Part shown: one piece after another, positions 1 through 13,129 of the stretch
Layout: each line of letters begins with the position of its first letter
How positions within the stretch are numbered: the first letter of the stretch is position 1
Assembly: GCA_040954595.2 (NCBI GenBank)
Contig: CM082577.2
Span: 12,841,903 to 12,905,902 of the forward strand
Source of the DNA: Balanoglossus misakiensis
Lineage: Eukaryota > Animalia > Hemichordata
Reading direction: 5' to 3'
DNA: 64,000 nt
Notes under the pieces: model-generated
The model's input: the letters and a program-made list of their open reading frames with translations, nothing else
What the model was told of the DNA's origin: nothing
The model's database searches: none
Made by a program: the position numbers and the translations under genes

Positions 1-49
1 AAACATTATGGATTTAGTGAAAACTGAAATGGCTACTTTTTCTTCAAAG

Positions 50-259
50 GTGGGTATCACAACTTTGTTATCATGGTCGGTAATAAATTGGACGGCTCCG
101 GGCAAGAATGCGTACGTAGGCAAAATAATGCATTTGTACCAGGTGGTGAATTGTCATTGGAGTGTACAGGGGGCGCTATCATAGGCAGATATGTAACTTT
201 CATCAAAGAGGGAAGAATACGAGCAACTTACCTTTGTGAATTACAAGTCTTTGGACAAG
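50..259 (+). CDS. Internal exon encoding the C-terminal part of an F-type lectin (fucolectin/FTP) domain; the gene starts before the window
   Basis: Acceptor tttttcttcaaAG ends at 49 and donor GTAAGT starts at 260, phase 1-1. Translation GYHNFVIMVGNKLDGSGQEC...LECTGGAIIGRYVTFIKEGRIRATYLCELQVFGQ fits the FTP pattern NF.I.VG...C...C...GRYV.....LCE..V.G. Confidence 0.75.
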
Positions 260-457
260 GTAAGTATCAATGGCATTTCTTGGGGGTCTTCGCAGATTTG
301 CACGGTATTAATTTGTTTATCTCGATTTACATCAACTATTTAACAACAAATAAAATAGAAATCGGACAATGTAACCATAATTACGTTGGAAATATACCCA
401 CGTTTTTAAAAAAAATTATCTGTGCTTATTTAAGCCTGAAGGGTTATATTAAAATAA

Positions 458-2573
458 TCTGTCTGTCTGTCTGTCTGTCTGGCTGGCTGTCTGTCTGTCT
501 GGCTGGCTGTCTGTCTGTCTGTCTGGATGGCTGGCTGGCTGTCTGGATGGATGGCTGGCTGTCTGTCGGTCTGGCTGGCTGTCTCTCTGTCTATCTGGCT
601 GGCTGGCTGGCTGTCTGTCTGGCTGGCTGGATGTCTGTCTGTCTGGATGGATGGATGGATGGCTGACTGGTTGTCTGTCTGTCTGGATGGATGGATGGAT
701 GTCTGGCTGGATGGCTGTCTGTCTGGATGGATGGATGGATGGCTGTCTGTCTGTCTGTCTATCTGGATGGATGGATGGATGGATGGATGGATGGCTGTCT
801 GGCTGGCTGGATGTCTGGCTGGCCGGCTGGATGTCTGGCTGGCCGACTGTCTGAATGGATGGATGGATGGATGGATGGCTGACTGGTTGTCTGTCTGTCT
901 GGATGGATGGATGGATGTCTGGCTGGATGGCTGTCTGTCTGGATGGATGGATGGGTGGCTGTCTGTCTGTCTATCTGGATGGATGGATGGATGGATGGAC
1001 GGATGGCTGGCTGTCTGTCTGTCTGGCTGGATGTCTGGCTGGCCGGCTGTCTGTCTGTCTGGATGGATGGATGGATGGATGGTTGTCTGTCTGTCTATCT
1101 GGATGGATGGATGGATGGATGGATGGCTTGCTGGCTGTCTGTCTGTCTGTCTGGCTGGCTGGCTGGCTGGCTGGCTGTCTGTCTGTCTGTCTGGATGGAT
1201 GGCTGGCTGTCTGGATGGATGGCTGGCTGTCTGTCGGTCTGGCTGGCTGGGTGTCTGTCTGTCTGCTTGGCTGGCTGTCTGTCTGGATGGATGGATGGAT
1301 GGATGGATGGATGGATGGATGGATGGATGGATGGCTGGCTGTCTGTCTGTCTGGATGGATGGATGGATGGCTGTCTGTCTGTCTGACTATCTGGATGGAT
1401 GGATGGCTGTCTGTCTGGCTGGCTGGCTAGCTGTCTGTCTGTCCGTCTGGCTGCCTGTCTGTCTGGATGGATGGATGGATGGATGGATGGATGGCTGTCT
1501 GTCTGTCTGTCTGGATGGATGGCTGGCTGGCTGTCTGGATGGCTGGCTGGCTGTCTGTCGGTCTGGCTGGCTTTCTGTCTGTCTGTCTGGATGGATGGAT
1601 GGATGGATGGATGGCTGTCTGTCTGTCTATCTATCTGGATGGATGGATGGCTGTCTGTCTGGCTGGCTGGCTAGCTGTCTGTCTGTCCGTCTGGCTGGCT
1701 GGCTGGTTGGCTGTCTGTCTGTCTGGATGGCTGGCTGGCTGTCTGGATGGATGGCTGGCTGTCTGTCTGTCGGTCTGGCTGGCTTTCTGTCTGTCTGTCT
1801 GGATGGATGGCTGTCTGGCGGTCTGTCTGTCTGTCTGTCTGTCTGGATGGATGGATGGATGGATGGATGGCTGTCTGTCTATCTGGATGGATGGATGGAT
1901 GGATGGATGGCTGTCTGTCTGTCTGTCTGTCTGTCTATCTGGATGGATGGATGGGTGGATGGCTGTCTGTCTGTCTATCTGTCTATCTGGATGGATTGCT
2001 GGATGGATGGATGGCTGGCTGTCTGTCTGTCTGTCTATCTGGATGGATGGATGGCTGGCTGTCTGTCTGTCTGGCTGGCTGTCTGGCTGGCTGGCTGTCT
2101 GTCTGGCTGGCTTGCTGTCTGGCTGGCTGGCTGTTTGAATGGATGGATGGATGGATGGATGGCTGTCTGTCTGTCTGGCTGGCTGTCTGGCTGGCCGTCT
2201 GGCTGTCTGTCTGTCTGGATAGATGGCTGGCTGTCTGTCTGGATGGCTGTCTGTCTGTCTGTTTTTCTGACTGGCTGGCTGGCTGGCTGTCTGGATGGAT
2301 AACTAGCTGTCTGTCTGTCAGTCTGTCTGACTGGCTGTCTGGCTGGCTGGCTGTCTGAATGGATGGATGGATGGATGGATGGCTGTCTGGCTGTCTGTCT
2401 GGCTGGCTGGTTGGCTGTTTGTTTGTCTGGCTGTTTGTGTGTACCTGCGTGAGTGCGTATGTATGTATGTATGTATGTATGTATGTATGTATGTATGTAT
2501 GTATGTATGTATGTATGTATGTATGTATGTATGTATGTATGTATGTATGTATGTATGTATGTATGTATGTATG
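458..2573. repeat. Complex tetranucleotide microsatellite (CTGT/CTGG/ATGG mosaic) followed by (TATG)n at ~2457-2573
   Basis: Directly visible. It produces the spurious [12 protein letters not shown] ORFs. Confidence 0.97.
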
Positions 2574-3129
2574 CGCAAACCTTTCAAATCATCTCTCCTT
2601 TATAGTCAACACTCTATGACGATTGTGTAAGTGTTTGCAGTGAGTGAATGCAAACCGAACAGTCAATTGTTTTTTGGCTAACCCATACTTCTCTGTTGTT
2701 TTATCATTTTCAGCTGATTGACAAAAACGCTAACCCTTCACCCGTGTTTACTTGAAGTCATGGACCTGGAAACCGAAAGTGGAACACGTGTGCCAAAAAT
2801 AAATTAATGTCAATCAATGTTAATCGATGGGATTTGTGAATTATAATGAACACAAAATGATTTTCTCTCTTGTCTGGCATTTTGTCGTGTTGCTTGAAGA
2901 AATTTATGCAACCCTTTTTTCGGAGTGGTGCAGCTACGAAATGAAACTTTTAAAGCAATACTGAAAGCATGGTTAGGTAACAAAGAAAGACACCTGTGAT
3001 TTGTGATTTCTCAAATTCTTTCTCTTCCTGGAAATCCTTATAACTTGACAATAAACTTATATCTAAGCAAGCATTTGACTGGTCATGCTGACTCATTGAT
3101 GATTCTCCAAAGCCACTGAAAGTTGTCTG

Positions 3130-3440
3130 GGATAAAAAACAACCCCTGCAGTAAAATTCAAACCAAACACTTTATTTGTCATACTTTGCCCGTCAAATTC
3201 GTACTCGAAATCAAGGGTATGAATATGTACTCCAGGGCTAAATAAAAAACACCCCATAATTGTAGTTAATGATAATGGAGAGTAGATGGATGGAAACCGT
3301 CCATCTGGACGAGACATTACATTTCACAAGACGTGCAGTCAATCTTCAGAATGTTTCCAAAGAAATACACCAGCGGTCACGTGCATTATTCTTAGTTATG
3401 ATTGGCAAAACTCGTCATGTGTTGAGTACTATAACGTGGG
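3130..3440 (+). pseudogene. Possible degenerate C-type-lectin relic (second copy at ~5817-6127)
   Basis: One frame reads RV*I..GLN...GE*MDG...CIILSYDWQNSSC, with stops at 3220 and 3283 where Trp is expected. Another frame reads NNPCSKIQTKHFIC. The similarity is weak. Confidence 0.3.
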
Positions 3441-3848
3441 ATCAGTTCAAAATCAAAATCTCGACCACGACGTAAAAACATATAGGATAACCGTTTTGCT
3501 TTGATTGGCTTTGCTCTTGAAGTGAAACAGAGAAAGGATTTATGTTGGAAGAGCAACAGTTCAATTCGATTCGGAAGTGTAATCGTTATTGCAAGATGAT
3601 TGACTGAAGAGACAGACATGCTCTGATTTCAACTACATTTAAATAATCAATTGCTTACTTCGATTGGATTACATATGACTTCAAAGATAAGAGTCCAATA
3701 CAATTCGTTCCATTCGACCTCGAGCAGTTGTCCCTGTAATTAGAGAGACTTCCATGTTCTTTAAAAAAACAGTGACAAACAGATAGAGACACAGATCGGC
3801 AAGACAGTCAGGAAGGTAGAATCTCATACAGACAAACAGGCAGACAAT

Positions 3849-4091
3849 CATACATACATACATACATACATACATACATACATACATACATACATACATA
3901 CATACATACATACATACATACATACATACATACATACATACATACATACATACATACATACATACATACATACACACATGCATACACACATGCATACACA
4001 CATACATACACACATACATACACACATGCATACACACATGCATACACACATGCATACAAACACACATACATACATACATACATACATACAT

Positions 4092-4153
<62 letters not shown>

Positions 4154-4235
4154 ACACATACACACACATACACACATACATACATACATACATACATACA
4201 TACATACATACATACATACATACATACATACATAC
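3849..4235. repeat. (CATA)n/(CA)n compound microsatellite (duplicate at ~6536-6924; remainder at 13522-13613)
   Basis: Directly visible; it is the insertion site of Gypsy element A. Confidence 0.97.
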
Positions 4236-4996
4236 TGTGATGCGGACCGTGCGAACCATTACACCTATTGCTTATCGACACATATAAAAGAAAGATTAGT
4301 CAGGCTTTGCCGTAGATGGCGCTGGGGCACCCAGTACTTGCATGCATAAAACTCCGGAATTGTGGGTAGGCTGGCTGAGACCGGACAAACGTGGCTGCCT
4401 CGTACACAATCGATCAATAGACTCGGAGGAAAACAGATCTAAAGACATAACAAACATTGTTTGAGAGCCATCGTACAACACACCATCATCCGCTGCCTCC
4501 CTCCCAGCAGTTTTGTATTGAGTGGTGAGCATTAAATCGTTGCTGTTTATTTCACAATCCAGTGTCGTCCCAGGCTGTCTGATTTACCCTATATAGAAAA
4601 TCCTGAGCGAACCGGCTAAACGTAACATTGGTGTCAGAAGTGGGATTTTCTATAATTTCGGACAAACTGAGATGATGGAGGATAGCCACGAAATTATGTT
4701 CAAGGGACAGGCTGGTGGTTTTGACAAACCCGCTGTGGATTCTGGTATGGGAGAAACATGTGACGCCACACAGTTGCTGCTTCCAGAGGTCACATTGATA
4801 GAGAGTGACATACAGCCAACTGATGTAGAAAGCGTCCAGCCTACCCACGCATCGGGGGTTGAGTTGCCCAAAGCTCCGACGGGACAGATTCTGTTGGACA
4901 TGTACGCAGACCAGAAACAAAGGTGGGATGATTTCATTGCTGCCCAGCAAGTGAGTCAAAGCCAGTCCAGTGATAGCATTAACAGTATGCGGGAAG
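4236..4996 (+). mobile_element. Duplicated 5' fragment of Gypsy element A: LTR (4236-4627), PBS (4629-4646) and truncated gag (4672-4996)
   Basis: Matches 6925-7685. The gag breaks into microsatellite after ...SMRE. Confidence 0.93.
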
Positions 4997-6798
4997 TCTG
5001 TCTGACTGGCTGTCTGGCTGGCTGGCTGTCTGAATGGATGGATGGATGGATGGATGGCTGTCTGGCTGTCTGTCTGGCTGGCTGGTTGGCTGTTTGTTTG
5101 TCTGGCTGTTTGTGTGTACCTGCGTGAGTGCGTATGTATGTATGTATGTATGTATGTATGTATGTATGTATGTATGTATGTATGTATGTATGTATGTATG
5201 TATGTATGTATGTATGTATGTATGTATGTATGTATGTATGTATGTATGTATGTATGCGCAAACCTTTCAAATCATCTCTTCTTTATAGTCAACACTCTAT
5301 GACGATTGTGTAAGTGTTTGCAGTGAGTGAATGCAAACCGAACAGTCAATTGTTTTTTGGCTAACCCATACTTCTCTGTTGTTTTATCATTTTCAGCTGA
5401 TTGACAAAAACGCTAACCCTTCACCCGTGTTTACTTGAAGTCATGGACCTGGAAACCGAAAGTGGAACACGTGTGCCAAAAATAAATTAATGTCAATCAA
5501 TGTTAATCGATGGGATTTGTGAATTATAATGAACACAAAATGATTTTCTCTCTTGTCTGGCATTTTGTCGTGTTGCTTGAAGAAATTTATGCAACCCTTT
5601 TTTCGGAGTGGTGCAGCTACGAAATGAAACTTTTAAAGCAATACTGAAAGCATGGTTAGGTAACAAAGAAAGACACCTGAAAAGAAATTGTGATTTCTCA
5701 AATTCTTTCTCTTCCTGGAAATCCTTATAACTTGACAATAAACTTATATCTAAGCAAGCATTTGACTGGTCATGCTGACTCATTGATGATTCTCCAAAGC
5801 CACTGAAAGTTGTCTGGGATAAAAAACAACCCCTGCAGTAAAATTCAAACCAAACACTTTATTTGTCATACTTTGCCCGTCAAATTCGTACTCGAAATCA
5901 AGGGTATGAATATGTACTCCAGGGCTAAATAAAAAACACCCCATAATTGTAGTTAATGATAATGGAGAGTAGATGGATGGAAACCGTCCATCTGGACGAG
6001 ACATTACATTTCACAAGACGTGCAGTCAATCTTCAGAATGTTTCCAAAGAAATACACCAGCGGTCACGTGCATTATTCTTAGTTATGATTGGCAAAACTC
6101 GTCATGTGTTGAGTACTATAACGTGGGATCAGTTCAAAATCAAAATCTCGACCACGACGTAAAAACATATAGGATAACCGTTTTGCTTTGATTGGCTTTG
6201 CTCTTGAAGTGAAACAGAGAAAGGATTTATGTTGGAAGAGCAACAGTTCAATTCGATTCGGAAGTGTAATCGTTATTGCAAGATGATTGACTGAAGAGAC
6301 AGACATGCTCTGATTTCAACTACATTTAAATAATCAATTGCTTACTTCGATTGGATTACATATGACTTCAAAGATAAGAGTCCAATACAATTCGTTCCAT
6401 TCGACCTCGAGCAGTTGTCCCTGTAATTAGAGAGACTTCCATGTTCTTTAAAAAAACAGTGACAAACAGATAGAGACACAGATCGGCAAGACAGTCAGGA
6501 AGGTAGAATCTCATACAGACAAACAGGCAGACAATCATACATACATACATACATACATACATACATACATACATACATACATACATACATACATACATAC
6601 ATACATACATACATACATACATACATACATACATACATACATACATACATACATACATACATACATACATACATACATACACACATGCATACACACATGC
6701 ATACACACATACATACACACATACATACACACATGCATACACACATGCATACACACATGCATACAAACACACATACATACATACATACATACATACAT

Positions 6799-6852
<54 letters not shown>

Positions 6853-6924
6853 ACACATACACACATACATACATACATACATACATACATACATACATAC
6901 ATACATACATACATACATACATAC

Positions 6925-7316
6925 TGTGATGCGGACCGTGCGAACCATTACACCTATTGCTTATCGACACATATAAAAGAAAGATTAGTCAGGCTTTGCC
7001 GTAGATGGCGCTGGGGCACCCAGTACTTGCATGCATAAAACTCCGGAATTGTGGGTAGGCTGGCTGAGACCGGACAAACGTGGCTGCCTCGTACACAATC
7101 GATCAATAGACTCGGAGGAAAACAGATCTAAAGACATAACAAACATTGTTTGAGAGCCATCGTACAACACACCATCATCCGCTGCCTCCCTCCCAGCAGT
7201 TTTGTATTGAGTGGTGAGCATTAAATCGTTGCTGTTTATTTCACAATCCAGTGTCGTCCCAGGCTGTCTGATTTACCCTATATAGAAAATCCTGAGCGAA
7301 CCGGCTAAACGTAACA
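6925..7316 (+). repeat. 5' LTR of element A
   Basis: TGTGATGC...CGTAACA, repeated at 4236 and 13130. Confidence 0.95.
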
Positions 7317-7317
7317 T

Positions 7318-7335
7318 TGGTGTCAGAAGTGGGAT
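7318..7335 (+). promoter_or_regulatory. Primer-binding site complementary to the tRNA-Leu (CAG/CAA type) 3' end
   Basis: TGGTGTCAGAAGTGGGAT is the reverse complement of ATCCCACTTCTGACACCA and lies 1 nt after the LTR. Confidence 0.9.
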
Positions 7336-7360
7336 TTTCTATAATTTCGGACAAACTGAG

Positions 7361-8971
7361 ATGATGGAGGATAGCCACGAAATTATGTTCAAGGGACAGG
7401 CTGGTGGTTTTGACAAACCCGCTGTGGATTCTGGTATGGGAGAAACATGTGACGCCACACAGTTGCTGCTTCCAGAGGTCACATTGATAGAGAGTGACAT
7501 ACAGCCAACTGATGTAGAAAGCGTCCAGCCTACCCACGCATCGGGGGTTGAGTTGCCCAAAGCTCCGACGGGACAGATTCTGTTGGACATGTACGCAGAC
7601 CAGAAACAAAGGTGGGATGATTTCATTGCTGCCCAGCAAGTGAGTCAAAGCCAGTCCAGTGATAGCATTAACAGTATGCGGGAAGATTTTACAAGCTATT
7701 TTCAGACAGTGTTAACATCACAACATGAAATGAGTAGAGGGATGAGCGAAGTAATACAGCGACATGAAGCCACAAATGCAAGAGTTGAAAAGACGGAGAA
7801 AAACATGCTTGCAGTGACAGCTACGGTACAAGAAATGAGAGATCAGATGAAGAGAATGAGTGATGAACAATTAAAGCTAAGGCAGGATGTCACCTTTAAT
7901 CAGGAGAGGGTTGAGAAAAGAATGTGTGGATTGGAGGAAACATTTGACGTTAAAGGGCCACAGCCTGCTATGGATCCTGAGTCCCAGGGGAAATATGGAC
8001 GTGCCATGCAACACACATCTACCCCATTGGTGATGGCGCCCTCTAGTGGCAGTCCCCAGTTCATGTCAAAGCCAATCCCCTTGGACATTTCTGCCCCAAG
8101 GCCGGTGGGTACTCCAATTCGCCAGGCTGAATCAGCACTTTGCAGCTCCTTTAATAATGCCAGCAAACCACTTCAGAGGCCAACGGCGTTCGATGGATCG
8201 ACCACATGGGAGGCGTATCAGGCGCAGTTCGAGCTGGTGGCACAGATGAATGGTTGGAATGAACACCAGCAAGCACTGTATCTGGCATCTAATCTTAAAG
8301 GACCTGCCCTAACCGTTTTAAGTAACCTACCTGGGCAGAAACGTCAAGACTACCAGTCCTTGGTGGCGGCATTGTCGGCTAGATATGGTACGGCGCACCA
8401 GACTGACCTCTCCCGTGTCCGTTTTAAGAATAGGGTGAAACGCAAGGGGGAAAGTCTACCTGAATTGGCTGGTGACATTGAGCGATTGGTAAGATTGGCA
8501 TATCCGACCATGTCTAGCGAATTACAGGATGACCTGGCGTGTGACCAGTTTGTTGATGCGGTGAATGACGACGATATGCGGCTACGCCTGAGACAAGCCA
8601 AACCGAAAAATCTTAGGAGAGCATTAGAGTTGGCATTGGAGTTGGAGTCCTTTTTGATCGCAAGTAAGACTAGGGGACGCAATACCCACAGTGATGACCT
8701 CGTACGAAGGACCTGCACCCCTGACAAAAGTGATTCCAATGTGGCAGCAGATCGTGATGAAACCGGCCAGTTATTTGGACACATTAGCCAGATGCTCCAA
8801 AAGGTAATGGACAAGCTGGAGGCTAGGCCCAGTGGACCAGTGCGTAGAAAGAGCCAGCCCTCGAAGGACAAGAAATGCTGGAATTGTGACCAGGTGGGCC
8901 ACTTTGCTAGAGACTGCCCAAAGGAAAAGCGTGATTCAGCGGTGCCAACAGCTGTTTCGGGAAACGAGTAG
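7361..8971 (+). CDS. gag: Gag of element A (536 aa)
   Basis: Coiled-coil region, capsid-like FDGSTTWEAY, and CCHC knuckle CWNCDQVGHFARDC. Confidence 0.93.
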   Translation: MMEDSHEIMFKGQAGGFDKPAVDSGMGETCDATQLLLPEVTLIESDIQPTDVESVQPTHASGVELPKAPTGQILLDMYADQKQRWDDFIAAQQVSQSQSSDSINSMREDFTSYFQTVLTSQHEMSRGMSEVIQRHEATNARVEKTEKNMLAVTATVQEMRDQMKRMSDEQLKLRQDVTFNQERVEKRMCGLEETFDVKGPQPAMDPESQGKYGRAMQHTSTPLVMAPSSGSPQFMSKPIPLDISAPRPVGTPIRQAESALCSSFNNASKPLQRPTAFDGSTTWEAYQAQFELVAQMNGWNEHQQALYLASNLKGPALTVLSNLPGQKRQDYQSLVAALSARYGTAHQTDLSRVRFKNRVKRKGESLPELAGDIERLVRLAYPTMSSELQDDLACDQFVDAVNDDDMRLRLRQAKPKNLRRALELALELESFLIASKTRGRNTHSDDLVRRTCTPDKSDSNVAADRDETGQLFGHISQMLQKVMDKLEARPSGPVRRKSQPSKDKKCWNCDQVGHFARDCPKEKRDSAVPTAVSGNE

Positions 8972-9026
8972 GAGCTGGGTTCGCGGGGCAGAACTCAGCT
9001 GGCATTATTGATAAGGACATTGCCCC
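8959..9026 (+). promoter_or_regulatory. -1 ribosomal frameshift signal: G GGA AAC plus predicted H-type pseudoknot
   Basis: Slippery site 8959-8965, 7-nt spacer, stem1 8973-8982/8991-9000, loop GGGGCA complementary to TGCCCC at 9021-9026. The protease is in the -1 frame and open from the site. Confidence 0.85.
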
Positions 9027-12000
9027 TGATGTTATCATTCGCGCAGGCCATGTGTCTGGACCTGACCTTACGCCCATAGTACGCGGTTTTGTTGATGGCG
9101 TTCCCTGTAAGATTGTGCTGGACACCGGGTCTGACGCGACTATCATAAAGACTGATGTACTTATGCGGCAGAGAAAGTTACCGCCAACAATCACACTTAC
9201 AGACAAGGTCTACATAAAGACAGCCTGCGATGGTACATCACCTGTGAAGGGACGTGGAGTACTGGCCATTCAACTTGGCAAAACCATTGTACACCATAAT
9301 GTCTGGGTAGCTGACATTTCAGATGATGTTCTCCTTGGCACTGATTTCTTCGCTCAGCACAACAGTACGCCAGACCTGATACACAGATGTTTGCGGATTG
9401 GTAATGAAGATGTCCCCTTTGATCAGCCAGCTAGGGCAGCAATGACTCAAGAGGAGTTCACTTCTTGCAGAGTGGTGGTCGATAGGAATGTCACTATTCC
9501 ACCTATGAGCGAAGCAATCATACAAGGCCGAATGACCGGACCTAAGCGGCACAGTGGCTGGGGATTGGTAGAACCTGGGAAGAGTTTCAGCTGTATATGG
9601 TGTTGTTGTTGGGAAGACTCTGGTTGATACCAGTGGCGATTGCGTTCCAGTACGGCTGATGAATGTAACTCAGCAAAGGAGAACACTGAGGAAAGGCAAT
9701 ACATTGGGATCTGTTGAGTCTGTCTGCAGTGTGGAGGCACCAGATGGAGGGTCTGTGCTGGTGGAGGACCCCGTTGCTGACAGGAACCAATCTAGGATGC
9801 CAGACTATTTAGAGGATCTATATCACCGAAGCTGCAATGGACTTTCTCGAGAACAATGTGATTCTTTGAGGAAATTCCTGAAAGAATTTCAGGATGTGTT
9901 CTCCAAGGGCAGTAAGGACCTTGGTAAAACAGATATCGTTGAGCACACAATACACACCGGAACCGCAGCACCTATCAGACAGCGACCAAGGAGACTGCCG
10001 CCCGTGAAACAAGCTGAAGCCTTGTCGGAGATTGACAAGATGTATGCAGAGGGAGTTATAGAGCCGTCAAAGAGCCCGTGGGCATCGCCTATCGTGTTAG
10101 TTAGAAAGAAAGACGGATCAACGCGTTTCTGTGTGGACTATAGGAGGTTAAACGAGGTTACCCGGAAGGACTCATACCCACTGCCCAGAATTGACGCAAC
10201 TCTTGATTCTCTAGCGGGCTCCTCCTGGTTTTCCACCCTGGATCTTAAGAGCGGGTACTGGCAGGTAGAAGTGGCTGAGGAAGATCGGGAGAAGACCAGT
10301 TTTACCGCAGGAAGTGGTTTGTGGCAGTTCGTTGTGTTGCCTTTCGGATTATGTAACGCGCCTGCCACGTTTGAGAGGCTGATGGAGCAGGTGCTGAGAG
10401 GTCTGCCATGGACTGTGGTTTTGGTCTATCTTGATGACATCATCGTGCACGGGAAGAGCTTCGATGAGGAGATGAGCCACTTGAAACAGGTCATGAGCCG
10501 TTTGCGGAAAGCTAGGCTGAAGCTCAGTCCCAAGAAGTGTGAGCTGTTCAGACGTCAAGTGGCTTTCCTAGGACATGTTGTAAGCGAAGCTGGTGTGGCG
10601 ACTGATGCGGAGAAGACGGAGGCAGTGTCCACATGGCCAACTCCATCCAATGTTAAGGAAGTCCGAGCATTCCTTGGGTTTTGTTCATATTACCGCAGGT
10701 TTGTGGCGTCATTTGCTGAAATAGCTAGACCCCTGCACCGACTCACACAGAAGGACCACAGGTTTTCTTGGACGGCAGATTGCGAGACGGCATTTAATGT
10801 CTTGAAGCAGAAGTTGACGTCCGCTCCAGTTCTTGGTTTCCCTCAGCCGGATGGACCCCTGATTGTCGACACAGATGCCAGTGAGGGTGCAATAGGGGCA
10901 GTCCTCTCCCAACGACAACAGGATGGAGAAGAGCGTGTGCTATCGTACTACAGCAGTGTGCTACATGGGCCTGAGCAGCGATACTGTGTTACTCGCAAAG
11001 AACTACTGGCTGTGGTTAAGGCGGTCGACCATTTCCACCACTATCTCTATGGCAGGAGGTTTACTGTGAGAACAGACCACTCAGCGCTACAATGGCTTAT
11101 GAAGTTTCGCAGTCCAGAGGGGCAGACAGCTAGGTGGCTCCAGAAACTCCAGGAGTATGACTTCCTTATCCAGCATAGGGCAGGACGGAGCCATCTCAAT
11201 GCTGACGGCCTGTCTCGCAGACCATGTGGAAACTCATGCAAATATTGTGATAGGCAAGAAGGACGTGAACAACAGAATGGGAGGTCGCTGAGACAGCTGC
11301 CTGAGAAACCGTACGGTGGGGGTGGGAGCTCTGTGGCCAGGAAGGTAGAAGCGAAACATGAGTCTCATGATGCTGACAAGGAGAAGAAATCAGACCTCCG
11401 TGAGGCCCAGTTAGAGGATCCTGATATCAGGCCGATCCTGTTGTGGATGGATAACTCAAGAGAGCGTCCCAAATGGAGTGTAGTATCCTCATATGGCCCC
11501 GCCACCAAAGCATACTGGTCGCAATGGGATTCTCTTGAACTGTCCCATGGTGTACTCTATCGCCGATGGGAGAAGCCAGAGGGTGGTATTATCCAGAGAC
11601 AACTGATACTACCCAAAGCCAGACAGCAAGAGGTTCTTGAGCAGTTGCACGATACCCCTACAGGAGGACATTGGTCTGTCAAGAAGATGTTGTCTCGCGT
11701 GAGAGATAGATTTTACTGGGTAGGGTGTCGACAGTCTGTGGAACTTTGGTGCAAGAAGTGTGAGCAGTGTGCCAGACGGAAAGGGCCATATCATAAGAAG
11801 CACGCGCCACTCGGCATATACAATGTGGGCGCGCCCATGGAAAGGTTGGCCATCGATGTCCTCGGTCCCCTTCCTGAGACGCCAAGAGGAAATCGGTTCA
11901 TTCTCATCGCCATGGACTACTTCAGCAAGTGGCCGGAGGCTTTTGCGATACCAAATCAGGAAGCAGTAACAGTAGCGAGGAAGGTAGTTGATGAGTTTGT

Positions 12001-12981
12001 GAGTCGTTTCGGTGTTCCTCTGGAATTACACTCTGACCAAGGCTGAAACTTCGAGGCAGCTGTGTTCCAGCAAATGTGCGGGCTTCTTGGGATACAAAAG
12101 ACGAGGACGACCCCACTGCACCCCCAGTCAGACGGAATGGTGGACGCTACAACAGGACCATTGAGAATCAGTTGGCGATATTTGTCGAGGACCACCAGGA
12201 AACTTGGGATGAACATCTGCCTCTCCTCCTGATGAGCTACAGAACTGCAGTCCATGAGACTACCGGTTTCACCCCGTCCATGATGATGCTGGGGAGAGAG
12301 ATGAAACTTCCAGTAGATCTGGTATATGGTCGTCCAGAGGAGGAAACTGAGTCTCATGGTGTGTATGTCGGAGTATTGCAAGACCGAATGCAAAATGTTC
12401 ACTCATTTGCCAGAGACAACATCAAGAGGAGCAGTGACAGAGTGAAGCGCCGATACGATACCAGGGCAGGGCAACCAAAGCTTCAACGAGGCGACGGTGT
12501 CTGGTTATATAACCCACAGCGTAAGAAAGGCCTTTCGCCGAAGCTCGCAAAACCATGGGAGGGCCCATATGGTGTCGTTGACTGCATAAACGATCTTGTG
12601 TATAGAATCCAGAGAGGGCCTCGTGCCAAACCAAAGATCGTCCATAGGGACCGACTGTGGAAGTACACAGGTGTCTGGAGAGCCGACTGGCTACAGCCTA
12701 ATGAGAGCAGAGGACCTGATGTCTGCATGGAGGAATTGCCTGCTGACGAAGCTGATATTAGTGGCAGCATTTCAGAGACCACACCGGATGGGCCCACGAC
12801 TGCACATCTGCAACCAGATGCTAACAACGCCTTGGAGGATTCTGGCATTGATGTGTCCGTTGAAGAGGACTCAAAACTTACCCATGCTTTGGAAGCAGAT
12901 GGGAGTGCTGTGAGGGCCGAAGGCATGCGTCGAAGTAGAAGACCACGGAAACCTCCAAGACGTCTCGTTGAGGAGCTGTAA
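8965..12981 (+). pseudogene. pol: Pol of element A (PR-RT-RNaseH-IN), disrupted
   Basis: Motifs LDTGS, YLDD, DTDAS and an HHCC/DDE integrase. Lesions are a frameshift at ~9575-9597, TGA at 12044 (SDQG*NFE) and a 1-nt deletion at ~12143. Confidence 0.92.
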
Positions 12982-13117
12982 AGGACATGCCTGATCAGGC
13001 GGTATTTGCCTTGTTGACAATCTTTTTTGGACCTACCAGAGTTTCATTGTTTATTACTTGTTCTGCTATTTCTAGTTGCTTGTTGTAATGTTATCTGGGG
13101 ACAGATAACTCTTTTTT

Positions 13118-13129
13118 AGGAGGGGGCAG
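13118..13129 (+). promoter_or_regulatory. Polypurine tract of element A
   Basis: AGGAGGGGGCAG directly before the 3' LTR. Confidence 0.85.

Larger units (their letters stand above)
2322..7685 (+). repeat. Head-to-tail tandem duplication of ~2.7 kb (2322-4996 and 4997-7685)
   Basis: Unique sequence, LTR and 5' gag are repeated almost identically. The junction gggaAG|tctgtctgac has 2-bp AG microhomology with 2320-2321. Confidence 0.93.

Noticed and set aside
260-666. C-terminal part of the 197-aa ORF 73..666
   Set aside because: It reads through the splice donor at 260 into intron and microsatellite.
527-2630. Long [12 protein letters not shown] ORFs (up to 591 aa), also at 3681-4349, 5034-5313, 6368-7038 and 40397-40780
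   Set aside because: These are translations of stop-poor microsatellites, open in several frames at once.
7318-7335. tRNA-like sequence here and at 23976-23993
   Set aside because: Only 18 nt including CCA, next to LTRs. They are primer-binding sites, not tRNA genes.
12700-13129. Possible env or chromodomain after integrase in elements A and B
   Set aside because: Only acidic low-complexity tails ending in a basic RRS.R motif; there is no additional ORF before the PPT.
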